From positions 53,754,001 to 53,818,000 of the forward strand of contig OZ076413.1 in assembly GCA_964187785.1 (NCBI GenBank): a stretch of DNA of 64,000 nucleotides, read 5' to 3'. The translations under genes and the position numbers were made by a program. Of this stretch, positions 25,164 through 34,691 are shown in pieces. The first letter of the stretch is position 1. Every line of letters starts with the position of its first letter. Below the pieces are notes generated by a model that was not told the origin of the DNA, ran no database searches, and saw only the letters and a program-made list of their open reading frames with translations. The stretch is from Amphiscolops sp. MND2022 (Eukaryota).

Positions 25164-25532
25164 TTACTCCACTTTATTCCATTCATTACTGTCGGAACGT
25201 GTATCAGTTTCATTTGATGTGGTGATGTTAGGTACGTTCCCTTCTCTATTGCTAGAGGATGGCTTTTCATTAGACGATATTTTCTCGGTCAGAGCAAGAA
25301 CTAAGTTTGTCAGTTCATTTATTTGTCTAGTCATTTCAGTAAATCTCTGATTTACTGCTCGACGTTCTGACTCGCCACTGTAATCCAACAAATTCCCGTT
25401 GTCAAACTCACTCATCTGTTCTCTCGTGAGAACTTCTGGGACACTGCTCTCACTTTCGGTATCGCTATGTCGATCTGTTCGGCACATGAAGGTATGCTGG
25501 TTGTCTGTTACTTGGGATCTCGTATTAACCAT
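25164..25532 (-). CDS. Gag N-terminal 114 codons encoded in the 3' LTR, running 8 codons into the flank
   Basis: Same as the first 114 aa of the 39629 ORF apart from one N/S change, then SNEWNKVE from flanking DNA. Confidence 0.7.
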   Translation of the reverse strand: MVNTRSQVTDNQHTFMCRTDRHSDTESESSVPEVLTREQMSEFDNGNLLDYSGESERRAVNQRFTEMTRQINELTNLVLALTEKISSNEKPSSSNREGNVPNITTSNETDTRSDSNEWNKVE

Positions 25533-26195
25533 TTTGAAGAGATATTGGATTTTTGAGGTTGTATTGATTGATTATGAGAAAGGTTAAGTATTTTGGTAAC
25601 AGATCGTGTTTAACTGAGAGGTACGTACTTAGCAACTGTATCGCAATCTATCGCAAAATCTACTGATGTTACTATTTCACTTGGTAATAATTATGGCGAC
25701 GTTGGTCACGTGACCACATCAACCAATCATATTTCTATTTTTCGTTCGCACCTTTGTTAGTAATTGCGCAATATGGTCGCAGCACCAAAATGAATGTAGT
25801 TACGTTGCTATGGTTACATGACTCAAATTTGGTATAATGATGTGGTTGCACTACTAGCATCATATATGTAAATGGTTAATGTATATAATTGTTTACATGA
25901 CTAACTGCACCAGAACGAAATCTGATGATGGTGTATCAGCCACATTACTTTCACTTTTAACTAAAAGTTCACGAGATTGATTTAAATAACATGCATGACA
26001 AATGTATGAAATATGGGAGATAATAGTAAAGTTATTTGGGGAATGAATAGAAATGATGCTTTTTAGCAGATTCGAGTTCGAGTTTTATGATGTGGTTGAC
26101 TTCACCACATTCTTCCCTTTCATCATCATTCTTTTACTGTTTTGACATTTTGTTTCTAGTTCAGGTATGCAGGATGGTTGACCTGCGGGTTGACA
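25190..26195 (-). repeat. 3' LTR of element C (about 1006 bp)
   Basis: Matches the 5' LTR over 25190-26183. It has its own start TGTCAACCCGCAGG, preceded by purine-rich aaaaaaaaagacctggag (imperfect PPT). Confidence 0.85.
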
Positions 26196-26322
26196 CTCCA
26201 GGTCTTTTTTTTTGAAAAAGACATGTGGCTGAAATGGCGAAATGTCTCGTTCAGTTGGTTGGTAGATTGGACGCGGCATGCTAATGAGCAAGGTTGAAAA
26301 TGCTGTATTCGTTAATTAGATT

Positions 26323-26508
26323 GAGCGCTCATGTTGTTATGGTGACCACATTAGTAGTTGCGAGTTGACTTCGTGGTTGGAAATGAGCAGTGATGTTGTT
26401 ATAGCAACAACATTGGTAGTGGCGGGATGACATCACGGTCGGAAATAAGCAGCGATGTTGTTATAGTAACCACATTGGTAGTGGCGAATTGATTTCGTGA
26501 TTGAAAAT
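26323..26508. repeat. Three tandem 62-bp degenerate repeats in the 3' UTR of element C
   Basis: Units at 26323, 26385 and 26447 share gatgttgttat.g..a.cacatt.gtagt.gcg...tgac.tc..g.t.g.aaat. Confidence 0.85.
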
Positions 26509-27178
26509 ATTCGAGTAGATTGTCGCTTCGGCTCGATATGGCGAGTGAGCGAAGAAAATGTTGGTCACGCATTGGCTGTTCCACTTCGGTAAAGAGTAAA
26601 TATAGAGTCGATGTGGCGAGGGTAGCCACGTCATCCAATCGTGCGCATCGTTTGCAGTAAGAGAGTTAAAATAAGAATGAATTTGCCGGAAATTAATCTT
26701 ACGTGGCAGCGTCATATAATTACTCGGCTCATCCGGTAATCGTTCGGAAGTGGTTGTAGTAGAACATCGTGCGCTCTGTAAACAATTCTTCGTCGATGCC
26801 AAATACGAGAAGCAAAAATTTCTCCAGTATATTCTTTTGTGCGATTCTTCGGCAATTCAGTTCGGCCGCGGCTTACTGAGTGATTGTATCAATGATCAAG
26901 TGGGCTATAATTACGATAAGCCAGGGAGTCGTATTGTGATTTTGGAGGATTTTTCGGGTAGGCTTTGGCCCTTTTTGGGGTAGTGTGGTTGGTGAATTTC
27001 AGGAACTAGGTTATCCCTTTGGATTTTTTGGGTAGTTACTTTGCATAGACAATGTGGGTGATCAGTCCACATGATCATTGGAAGTTACTTTGAACCTCAG
27101 TAAATCGCAAACGACTGTGTGCTTTCAGTTCAATAGCCTCAAGTTGATTACTTTTCAGACTTGCTTGTTATTACTGTC

Positions 27179-27434
27179 ATGAGTTCACCGGCGCAGGAAG
27201 GGTCGTCCCAGGCTGATGCAGAAGTAGCTGCAGTTGTGTTGGCAGCAGAAGGAGTGCTCACCGAGCTGGAGCAGTTCAGTTTCTCTTCGATAGGTAGTGA
27301 ATTGCCTGCTGCTGTCGAGGAAGCCCTGTCGGGAGAGCGTTTTGGAACGTGTTGTCGCTTTGCGGGCAAGGTGACTGCTTCCAACAATGAGGCAGCTAAC
27401 ACGTTGTTGGAGATTGCGCTATCGAGTGAATTCC
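27179..27434 (+). CDS. Antisense gene exon 1
   Basis: ATG at 27179 (MSSPAQEGSSQ...); donor GTGAGT at 27435, phase 1. Confidence 0.65.
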
Positions 27435-27707
27435 GTGAGTAGTCTCATTATTTCTTTTCTTTTGCCCTTCGCTGTGTGTAATTAGCGCTCAGGTAGTTTT
27501 GTAGGACAGTGACTTCCGTAGTCGTGGGTCACAAGTAGTTTTTTCGAAATAATAACCGATAAAGGTTATCTTTCCTTCAGAGCATTCTGAATTATTGTAA
27601 GCCAGTATGTCCTTTGAGCGGTACTAGCATTGAGGCATGTGTACTTCCCGGGATCTAATGCTCTGGGTAACTGAGGAGGTGGCTAATGAGACATTATTGT
27701 GCTTCAG

Positions 27708-28336
27708 AAGATTTATCGCTTGTAGACGTCGTAAAGTTACTCCGCTCACTGCTGGCTTCGAAACGAGGTGATGCCGCGGGTGGTTCACCCGAAATAACTG
27801 CTGTGGAAGATCGCTTCAGTTCCGTCCTTGCTGGTGAACTGGGTAAGTGGTCGGTTGTCATACATCATATCGAGTATACTGCTAGTCTTGGTTCGGTGTT
27901 TGGGTCGGCTGTGGTCCGTATGTCGTGTGACACACGTCATATAGCGGAAAAACTGATTTGTGTTGTAGGAACTTCTGCTGGCGTGCCCGTGACAAGGGCT
28001 GAAATGGAGTCTTCGCTGGCACGAATGACGAAAGAATTGTCAGAGACAATCAAAGCAGTAATAGATGCGAAGTTCGGAGAGTTGGGTCCTGCTGGTGTGT
28101 TGGCAATCGAAGACTGTGTGCAGAAGTTAAAGGCGGCTACGGACCAACTGGGAGCGGGGCGGATCAGGTCGTACCAGCTGTGCCTCCCGTTCAGTTGGAA
28201 GAGTCGATCAGTCCTGTGGCCGTTAGTAGTGCAGCGTCCTTCAGTCCAAGTCAGTTGTCCGATGTGCCAACTGCGTTCGGAGGAGTGCGGTCGTTGGTGT
28301 CGACGGGTGGAGGAGCTGCTACCTCATCAAAACCTG
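27708..28336 (+). CDS. Antisense gene exon 2 (1-nt frame break at the G-run near 28157)
   Basis: Acceptor ttgtgcttcAG is phase-compatible with exon 1 (F-Q-DLSLVD); donor GTAAAG at 28337. Confidence 0.6.
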
Positions 28337-28549
28337 GTAAAGAATCTCAAAAGATCATGGGAGGGGTTTTAGTAACAGTTCCCAAACTCAAGGCATATAG
28401 GAGACTACACACATTTTTTTTGAAGTTAACGGGGGGTTAGGAGTCGTTGCTAGCACTATTTTGGGTTGCTGGTTTGCGTGTGAGTGTGTCGATTATTTCA
28501 GCGCGAGTGAGGAAAGTGAAGACGTTGAAGCCTTCATACTTTGTCTCAG

Positions 28550-29068
28550 GCGTGGTCGGGACTTTCGTGGGCTTCCCCCGACACAAACGAGTGGTGGATG
28601 GCTACGCTAGATGTCTCCTCTGTAAAGTAGATCTCAGCATTGCTGGGCGTGGGTTGTCTTCGTTGTGGGAACATTGGCGAGGCTTAGGACATACGCGCCT
28701 TGAGCAAAAGTATCGCATAATGATGCAAATGCCACTACTTGATAAAGCTTGCCGCCCAGTAACCGCAGAGGAGGATAGACGAATTCGCCAAGAAAGGATG
28801 ACAGAGCCTCCAGTGTATCTGGAGTCCGAGTTGAGTTTGTCCGTGGATGAGAGGGTCGCGATTGAAGAGGCCGAAGCGTCTGCTGGTGAAAGACCAACAT
28901 TGCCTACAGAGAGTGCGGCTTACCTGTGGTTAGGCCAATTCATAAGCAGCTTTTGCAATGTTGCTTCGTTCGGTTCTGTGATGAGGATGGTGGAGTCATG
29001 GCGAGATGGTATGAGTGCTGAGCTACGTGTCGAGTGTCGGTCGCTCCTTGACTTATGCCCGATGTCAG
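28550..29068 (+). CDS. Antisense gene exon 3 (BED-like/C2H2 finger)
   Basis: Acceptor ctttgtctcAG, phase 1 match; CLLC-x16-H-x5-H; donor GTACGT at 29069. Joining exon 4 in frame needs a 1-nt shift near 29040. Confidence 0.7.
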
Positions 29069-29238
29069 GTACGTGTATACATTTGCTGTTTTTGGGCTTT
29101 AGTACTGAATGCGTGTTTGCGGGCTTTGGTTGTGAAAAGGGGGGGTTTCTTAACGCGTTGATATAGGTACAGTTGTTTTTGTGTGAATCTATGAGGTGAA
29201 GGTGAGCTCCTCATTTGTGTGATTGGCTGTGTTTACAG

Positions 29239-29727
29239 AGCTTGGTGTTGTACGGACTGTACCGGTTCGTCGTCGAACAGTTGGACTGTCTGCTATCCCG
29301 TGGTAAGAACGTTGGTTTGAGCTTGAGAAGACAGAACTCTGATTGGATCTGTGAGTGTCATGTGGTCGGAGACTGCGCGATCAAGACTGTGGTTTTTGGC
29401 GTAGTGGCCGCCGGAGCTGGGTGGGAGACGAGTATGATTGCCAATGTAGTACCAGTGTTACTCAGTTTGCAACATGCCTCAAATATCAAGATGTACAGCA
29501 CTGAGTCTGAGACCCGAATTGGACATGCTCTAGCAGCAGCAATTGGAATCACTGATCCCTTGGTTGTCGGTCGAGTGACCCAAATATGGTTGTTGGATCT
29601 CGTGAGGAAGCAATTCCTAGCGGAATTTGGCGGTCTCGACCCACTCAGCGTGTTGGACTACTTGCGTGTTCGTTTAGCCGCTGTAGTGCAGGAGGGCTTC
29701 ATGGATCGATTGCCGAAACTTAGACGA
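29239..29727 (+). CDS. Antisense gene exon 4
   Basis: Acceptor gtgtttacAG; donor GTAAGT at 29728, phase 0. Confidence 0.7.
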
Positions 29728-29893
29728 GTAAGTATTTGGCATTATCGTTTATGATGTGGTTATGTATAGGACATTGGTTTGTTAATATATACACGGATAT
29801 ATTTTATTGTTTTTGGTAAATTGAAACGTTAGGTGCGTAGGCTATGACAGTAAGTAGATTATGTCAAACTTTCAGCTGTGTTTTGTTTTGCAG

Positions 29894-30104
29894 TTCATTC
29901 GCTTTGGAGGGAGTGATGTGGTTGTGTTGGCCTCATTGTGTACTGAAGTCGTTGAGCACTGGAATGATCTAGCTGTGTACTTTGGCACTCACAGGCCTAA
30001 CGTGACTTCTGAGCTGCGTCTGGTTACTCCGCTTGAGGTGCAAGTTTTCGACGATGCAATGATGCGCCCCCGGTTTGCTGTGTTACGACTCATTCTGGAT
30101 TTGC
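29894..30104 (+). CDS. Antisense gene exon 5
   Basis: Acceptor ttttgttttgcAG, phase 0 match; EHWNDLAVYF; donor GTTAGT at 30105. Confidence 0.7.
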
Positions 30105-30297
30105 GTTAGTTGTCACACGTTTCGATTTTTTTTGTTTTTTTTGTTGATTTTTTTTGTTTGGGTTTTGAATTTGGTGTGATGTAGTAAGTGGCTAGACATA
30201 GGCGCGTTTTTCAATATGACTCTTTTGGTGAAGTAATCCTAAGTCGGAAAAAAGAGGGTATGAACGCTGATTCATGTGTTTTGTTTTGTGTTTGCAG

Positions 30298-31611
30298 TAG
30301 TCGAGACTTGTCCGCGTTTGTGCAGAAGTGGCAGAGACAGTAACATGTTAGCAGAGCGCGAGCTGTCACAATTCGTCCGAAAAATCAGTGATCCCTGCGG
30401 AATTTGAAGTGAGAGCCCTGCTGACACCGGTAGACTGCGAGTACGCGACAGTGGACGAGGGCCTTTACAAGCTGCACTTCGGGCAATATTTCCGATACGA
30501 CGTACGAACCCAGTTGCCGTGCTTTTATAGATCGGTTCAGAAATTGTTGGGCGTTGTTTGTCGGGAAGTAACAGGAGCATGGGAGCAAGGTGCTATTAGT
30601 CACTTTAGTATGACCCCGTTTGATCCAGAATTGATTCACAGAGGATCTGACGATCGGTGTATCGATGCTCTGGTTGGCACGTGTGCTACTCTGTCGAGAT
30701 TTCAACTCCTTGATGATGACGATGTTACTGCCGTACTACGACAATATCGGGAAGTGACACAATTCTTCAAGAAGAAGTGGACGTTGACAGAAAATGCACC
30801 GGTAGTTGACGACGTGGTAACTATGTGGTTCTCTTATCCCTACTGGTCACGATGTCAAGAGTTGTTGACCGTGGTCAACATTCTGTTTGGGCTGAATGCA
30901 GTTGGGACTTATGAGCTAGATTTTGTCGATGATGTGGACGTTGCGATGCCGGTAGATACCCTACGTTCCAGTTTACATTTTGTTCGGAGTTGGCTTGCCA
31001 AGTCTTATGCGGGACATACGCGTCAAACTCTAACTGGATTACTACGAGTGTGCGAGACGAGTGATATGCAGGTCAATCGATTATCCGATGAGGCCCGAAG
31101 TAGACCATGGGATCAGCTGATGAAATCTGGGTTAGGTGAAGCCTTGGCGCGTGGTAATGCTACTTTGTCCAATGAACTGTCACTCCCTACCACGGTGCGG
31201 ATAGATGATTACCGGTCGAAAGTATTGGCCCAACTTGATCTTGTGGAAGTGCTGAGTCCTCCCCGTGCCGGAAGGCGTAGTAGCCCGATTCTTAAGCGCG
31301 GTACCTCAGTTAAGAAAGTTGTTCGGCGACAAGAAGACGTTACGTTGCCAGCAAGTGGATCTACCACTATTCGGTCGTTGCAGCGAAGCAGGACGTCAAT
31401 TCGGAAAAGTGCGAAGAGCGCAGTTCGTGAAGGGCCGTCTACAAGTCGTCAGTCTAGCGGGCGCCGGACTGGTGGAAAACCTCGGGGCAAGAAGTTCTTG
31501 CAGTTAGCAACCGTTGGTGACTCCGATAATGACTCGGCTAATGAAGTGGTTGTGAGTGGAAAGAAACGGCAAAGCCGTTGTGCACTATACTCATCGGATA
31601 AGCAAGATTAG
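30298..31611 (+). CDS. Antisense gene exon 6 (1-nt frame break at the A-run 30380-30384)
   Basis: Acceptor tttgtgtttgcAG; 407-aa open frame 30388-31611 ending in a basic S/R-rich tail. Confidence 0.7.
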
Positions 31612-33209
31612 AAGAAACTGGATAGAGAACATTTCGTGATTGAGTCAATTATTTTGCATTTGTTTTTTGTTTTTATTATTAAACGTTTGAAGTTGGGATA
31701 TTTGTTCTTGGCATGTTGACGTGCCTTTTGCTGTTACTATTTGGTGTTTGTGTATTCCTCGCTCTAGATGCTTGATGGTTTATATGTAGACTTTACATGC
31801 GTTGTTTACATACTTTTAGTAGTGCTGATTGATTTCTTGGCTCAGTTTTGATTTCACGCGTGAGCAGGTGGTTAATTTACATGTTGCTTACGTTATACAA
31901 ATTTTTTACATGGGGGCTTCGTTAGCTGGTTTCAATTTGTCAGGAAGCTGAGTAGAGTTGTTTTTTGTTTCAGTGAGATTGTATGGTGGTTACTTGCGTA
32001 GCCACCAATTTAGACAGAGTTTCATTCACGGAGGTTTACCCACAGGTCTCGGAAAGTGGTATTGACGCCCTGTGGTTACACCAAGGTGAATGAACGGAGC
32101 TGCACCGCTCCTTCCCAATGATCGAACTAGATGCTTTGCAGGCTATACATACTCTAAGTGCGTGTGATTTAACTGGTGTTTACACGCATAAGTGTCATTC
32201 TAAGGTGTCAATCATTTTTTTGTTTTGCTTTATATGTGTTGTTATACTCGTAAATTTGAGCGTTAGTTCTGACGTCGTCATCACTGATGTGTGTCATGAG
32301 ACGTCATCACTCGTGACGTGTGTCAAATGTTAACGTCAATTTAATGGAAGATGGGTTTCCCCATGTCCATTAAACAGATTTTTTTTCTCTTTTACAAGGG
32401 GTGGTCTGATCCATCCCTTGTTTCGAATTTTCGGGTATGTGGTGAAAGTTACTACATGTGCTTTAAGTACCTTGTTCTTTCTGACGCGAGGCGAGGCCTA
32501 CGAATCACCAGTAATAACGAGGGTGTCACGACTTAATTGTCGGGTGAAGTTGGCGTGACGACTGCATGTTACTGTCCTTAAGAAGTTTCGCTTTGCTTTC
32601 AGTTCATTTGGAAGGTTATTTGCCGTCGCAAAAACCCATTCAAAACTAACACCGAATCCACTTGCTAAAGAGCAAGCTTCATCTGAATGTTTGTGCAACC
32701 ACACAGACGCGCTTTTGACGACGCACCCACACCGCCGAACCACATCATGGCTTTCTGGAGCGGAAGTGTGAGACTAGGTTCTGTTGACGTAACTTAAACG
32801 AGTCGGCGTTTTCTTTTTTGTACTCAATTATGGACTGAGACGTGTTTGAAAACAGTTTAGTTTAGCTGATTTAGGATTGGTGGGTGCAGAATTACCGAGC
32901 AATTCCTTTGAAAGTGTGTGGTTGGGATTTTTCGTGAATTGCATAATTTAGTAGGTCGTTTGTACGTGCTTTACATGTACTTAACAATTTCCGGTTGGAG
33001 TGTGTGGTGTATGTGACTGCATTTCATGTATTTACTTTAGCGCTCAGCTGTCTCGGTAGAGAGTAACATTTTACTCTGCCGGTAAACTTGAGTATGTAGG
33101 ACAGTGAGTATCAGTCGTCACTGAATGGCGTAAAATAAAGAGGATAATTCAATGGTATGATTGCTGCATGTGGTGATATAGACTACATTGTATTGATTGC
33201 ATGTATTTT

Positions 33210-34691
33210 CTATTGGCTTTCAGATTTGCGTTGCATGAATTTTAAAAAGGTGGGCTTTGCTTGCAGTTCGTGAACGAGGAAGTTGTCGAACGTTTTAGGC
33301 ACAGGTGCCTCACGAAGGCTGTATCGAGTAATGTTGTTGCGTGTTATCGGTGTAGGTGTTTCGGCAGATGATGTGGTTGACTCCGCATCATTATGTGTCG
33401 GAATTTGTTGTTCAGACTCATGATTAGGCAGCGATGTAGGTGGTTCGTCAGATTGAATTTCAGTTCTTTTTTGGTACGTATTTTCGGTGCGGATGGCTTC
33501 AGGAAGCGGGTTAGACAGAGGTGGGACTTCGTGAACCCGTTTGTGTTCATAATAAATTGTTCCGTGCTCGGAAGCGATTGCTTCAGTTTCGTTTGTGTCG
33601 AGTTCAAATGTGTTTTCAGCTGGCGGTGATCGTTCGATTGCAGGCAGATTATCGTTGAATATTGACTGATCGTCAATTGCGTCAGGATCACTGTAATGTC
33701 GGTTTACGTCATCAGTCACGTCTTCAATTTTGTCGTGAGGTACAAATGGGCGGAGCCGCTTTCTATGTACGCACTGCGTCTTGAAGGTACCGATTTTTCG
33801 GATGATATAATTCGATTGTGTCAAGACCTTAACAACCTTGTAAGGTCCTTCCCATTTGAAAGAGTTGAAAGGGATTTTTTCTGATTGTGTGCTGATTTTA
33901 GGATTCAGTAAAAAAACAAAGTCGTTTACTTTTAATGGTGATGCTTGTGCCTTTCGGTCATAGTACGCTTTGTACTTGTGAAAGGCTCGGATGATATTGG
34001 TGTGAGTTTCTTTGAATTTGGTGTTCAGGTTGTCCACTAACGACTGTGTATCAGTGGCATTCCTCGGGGGACTAAGAGGGTTGCCAAATTTTAAGTCTAG
34101 TGCGTTGTATGGCACGCGGCCGTGGAAGACTTCAGTCGGTGAACATTTCAGAGTTTGGTGGTAGGTCGTATTGTGCGCCATCACAGAGAGGTTGACGTAT
34201 CGGTCCCACTGAGGGCGGTCGGCAGAGACGTTTATTTTCAGAATCTGTTTCAAACGTTGATGCGACCTTTCGATCATCCCAATAGTTTGGGCATGTTTGA
34301 TTGTCGCGTGGGAAACTTTTATCCCAGCCTTTTCCATCAGTTCAGTTATTACTTGTGAGGTGAAGGCAGAACCTTTGTCAGTGATGATGTGTTTTGGCAC
34401 ATATGCGTGTTTTGTGAAAATGTCTAGCAGAGCCTCGACGACAGATTTTGTGTCAGGTTTACGGATTGGGATGGCAAACAGATATCGTGAAAAGTAATCG
34501 CAGGCCGTCAGAATGTGTGAGTACCCATTAGATCGCGGTAACTCACCTACGAGATCAATTTCCAGGACGTCTTCAGGACCATTGCAAGGGTCGTATATCG
34601 GTTCAAGCGGTGGTTTCACGGTGTTAGGTTTCACAGGTTTAGCTTTAATACAGTCTTGGCAGTTGTTTACAAAGTTTTGGACCTTTTCAGC
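33210..34691 (-). CDS. Integrase of element C (same frame as pol, after a single stop)
   Basis: AEKVQNFVNNCQDC..., LEIDLVG, ITDKGSAF, IGMIERSHQRLK (DDE), KWEGPYKV (GPY/F). Confidence 0.95.
   Translation of the reverse strand, partial: AEKVQNFVNNCQDCIKAKPVKPNTVKPPLEPIYDPCNGPEDVLEIDLVGELPRSNGYSHILTACDYFSRYLFAIPIRKPDTKSVVEALLDIFTKHAYVPKHIITDKGSAFTSQVITELMEKAGIKVSHATIKHAQTIGMIERSHQRLKQILKINVSADRPQWDRYVNLSVMAHNTTYHQTLKCSPTEVFHGRVPYNALDLKFGNPLSPPRNATDTQSLVDNLNTKFKETHTNIIRAFHKYKAYYDRKAQASPLKVNDFVFLLNPKISTQSEKIPFNSFKWEGPYKVVKVLTQSNYIIRKIGTFKTQCVHRKRLRPFVPHDKIEDVTDDVNRHYSDPDAIDDQSIFNDNLPAIERSPPAENTFELDTNETEAIASEHGTIYYEHKRVHEVPPLSNPLPEAIRTENTYQKRTEIQSDEPPTSLPNHESEQQIPTHNDAESTTSSAETPTPITRNNITRYSLREAPVPKTFDNFLVHELQAKPTFLKFMQRKSESQ

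Larger units (their letters stand above)
27179..31611 (+). pseudogene. Spliced antisense gene inside element C; hAT-transposase-like protein of about 1,140 aa, three 1-nt frame breaks in this copy
   Basis: Proposed exons 27179-27434, 27708-28336, 28550-29068, 29239-29727, 29894-30104, 30298-31611. All five introns are GT-AG with pyrimidine-rich acceptors. C2H2 finger at 28612-28692 and a W..L..YF motif. Confidence 0.7.

Noticed and set aside
25907-25934. GAAA-T-CTGATGA inside a short stem in both LTRs of element C (hammerhead-like words)
   Set aside because: A hammerhead needs stems I and III between GAAA and CUGAUGA; only one base separates them
26323-26508. 62-bp array as a CRISPR
   Set aside because: Whole units are degenerate copies with no unique spacers; eukaryotic context and no cas genes
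26196-33209. Antisense gene as an independently nested hAT transposon
   Set aside because: No TIR pair or 8-bp TSD found by eye and the first catalytic Asp appears lost; not fully excluded, so kept as the main refutation test
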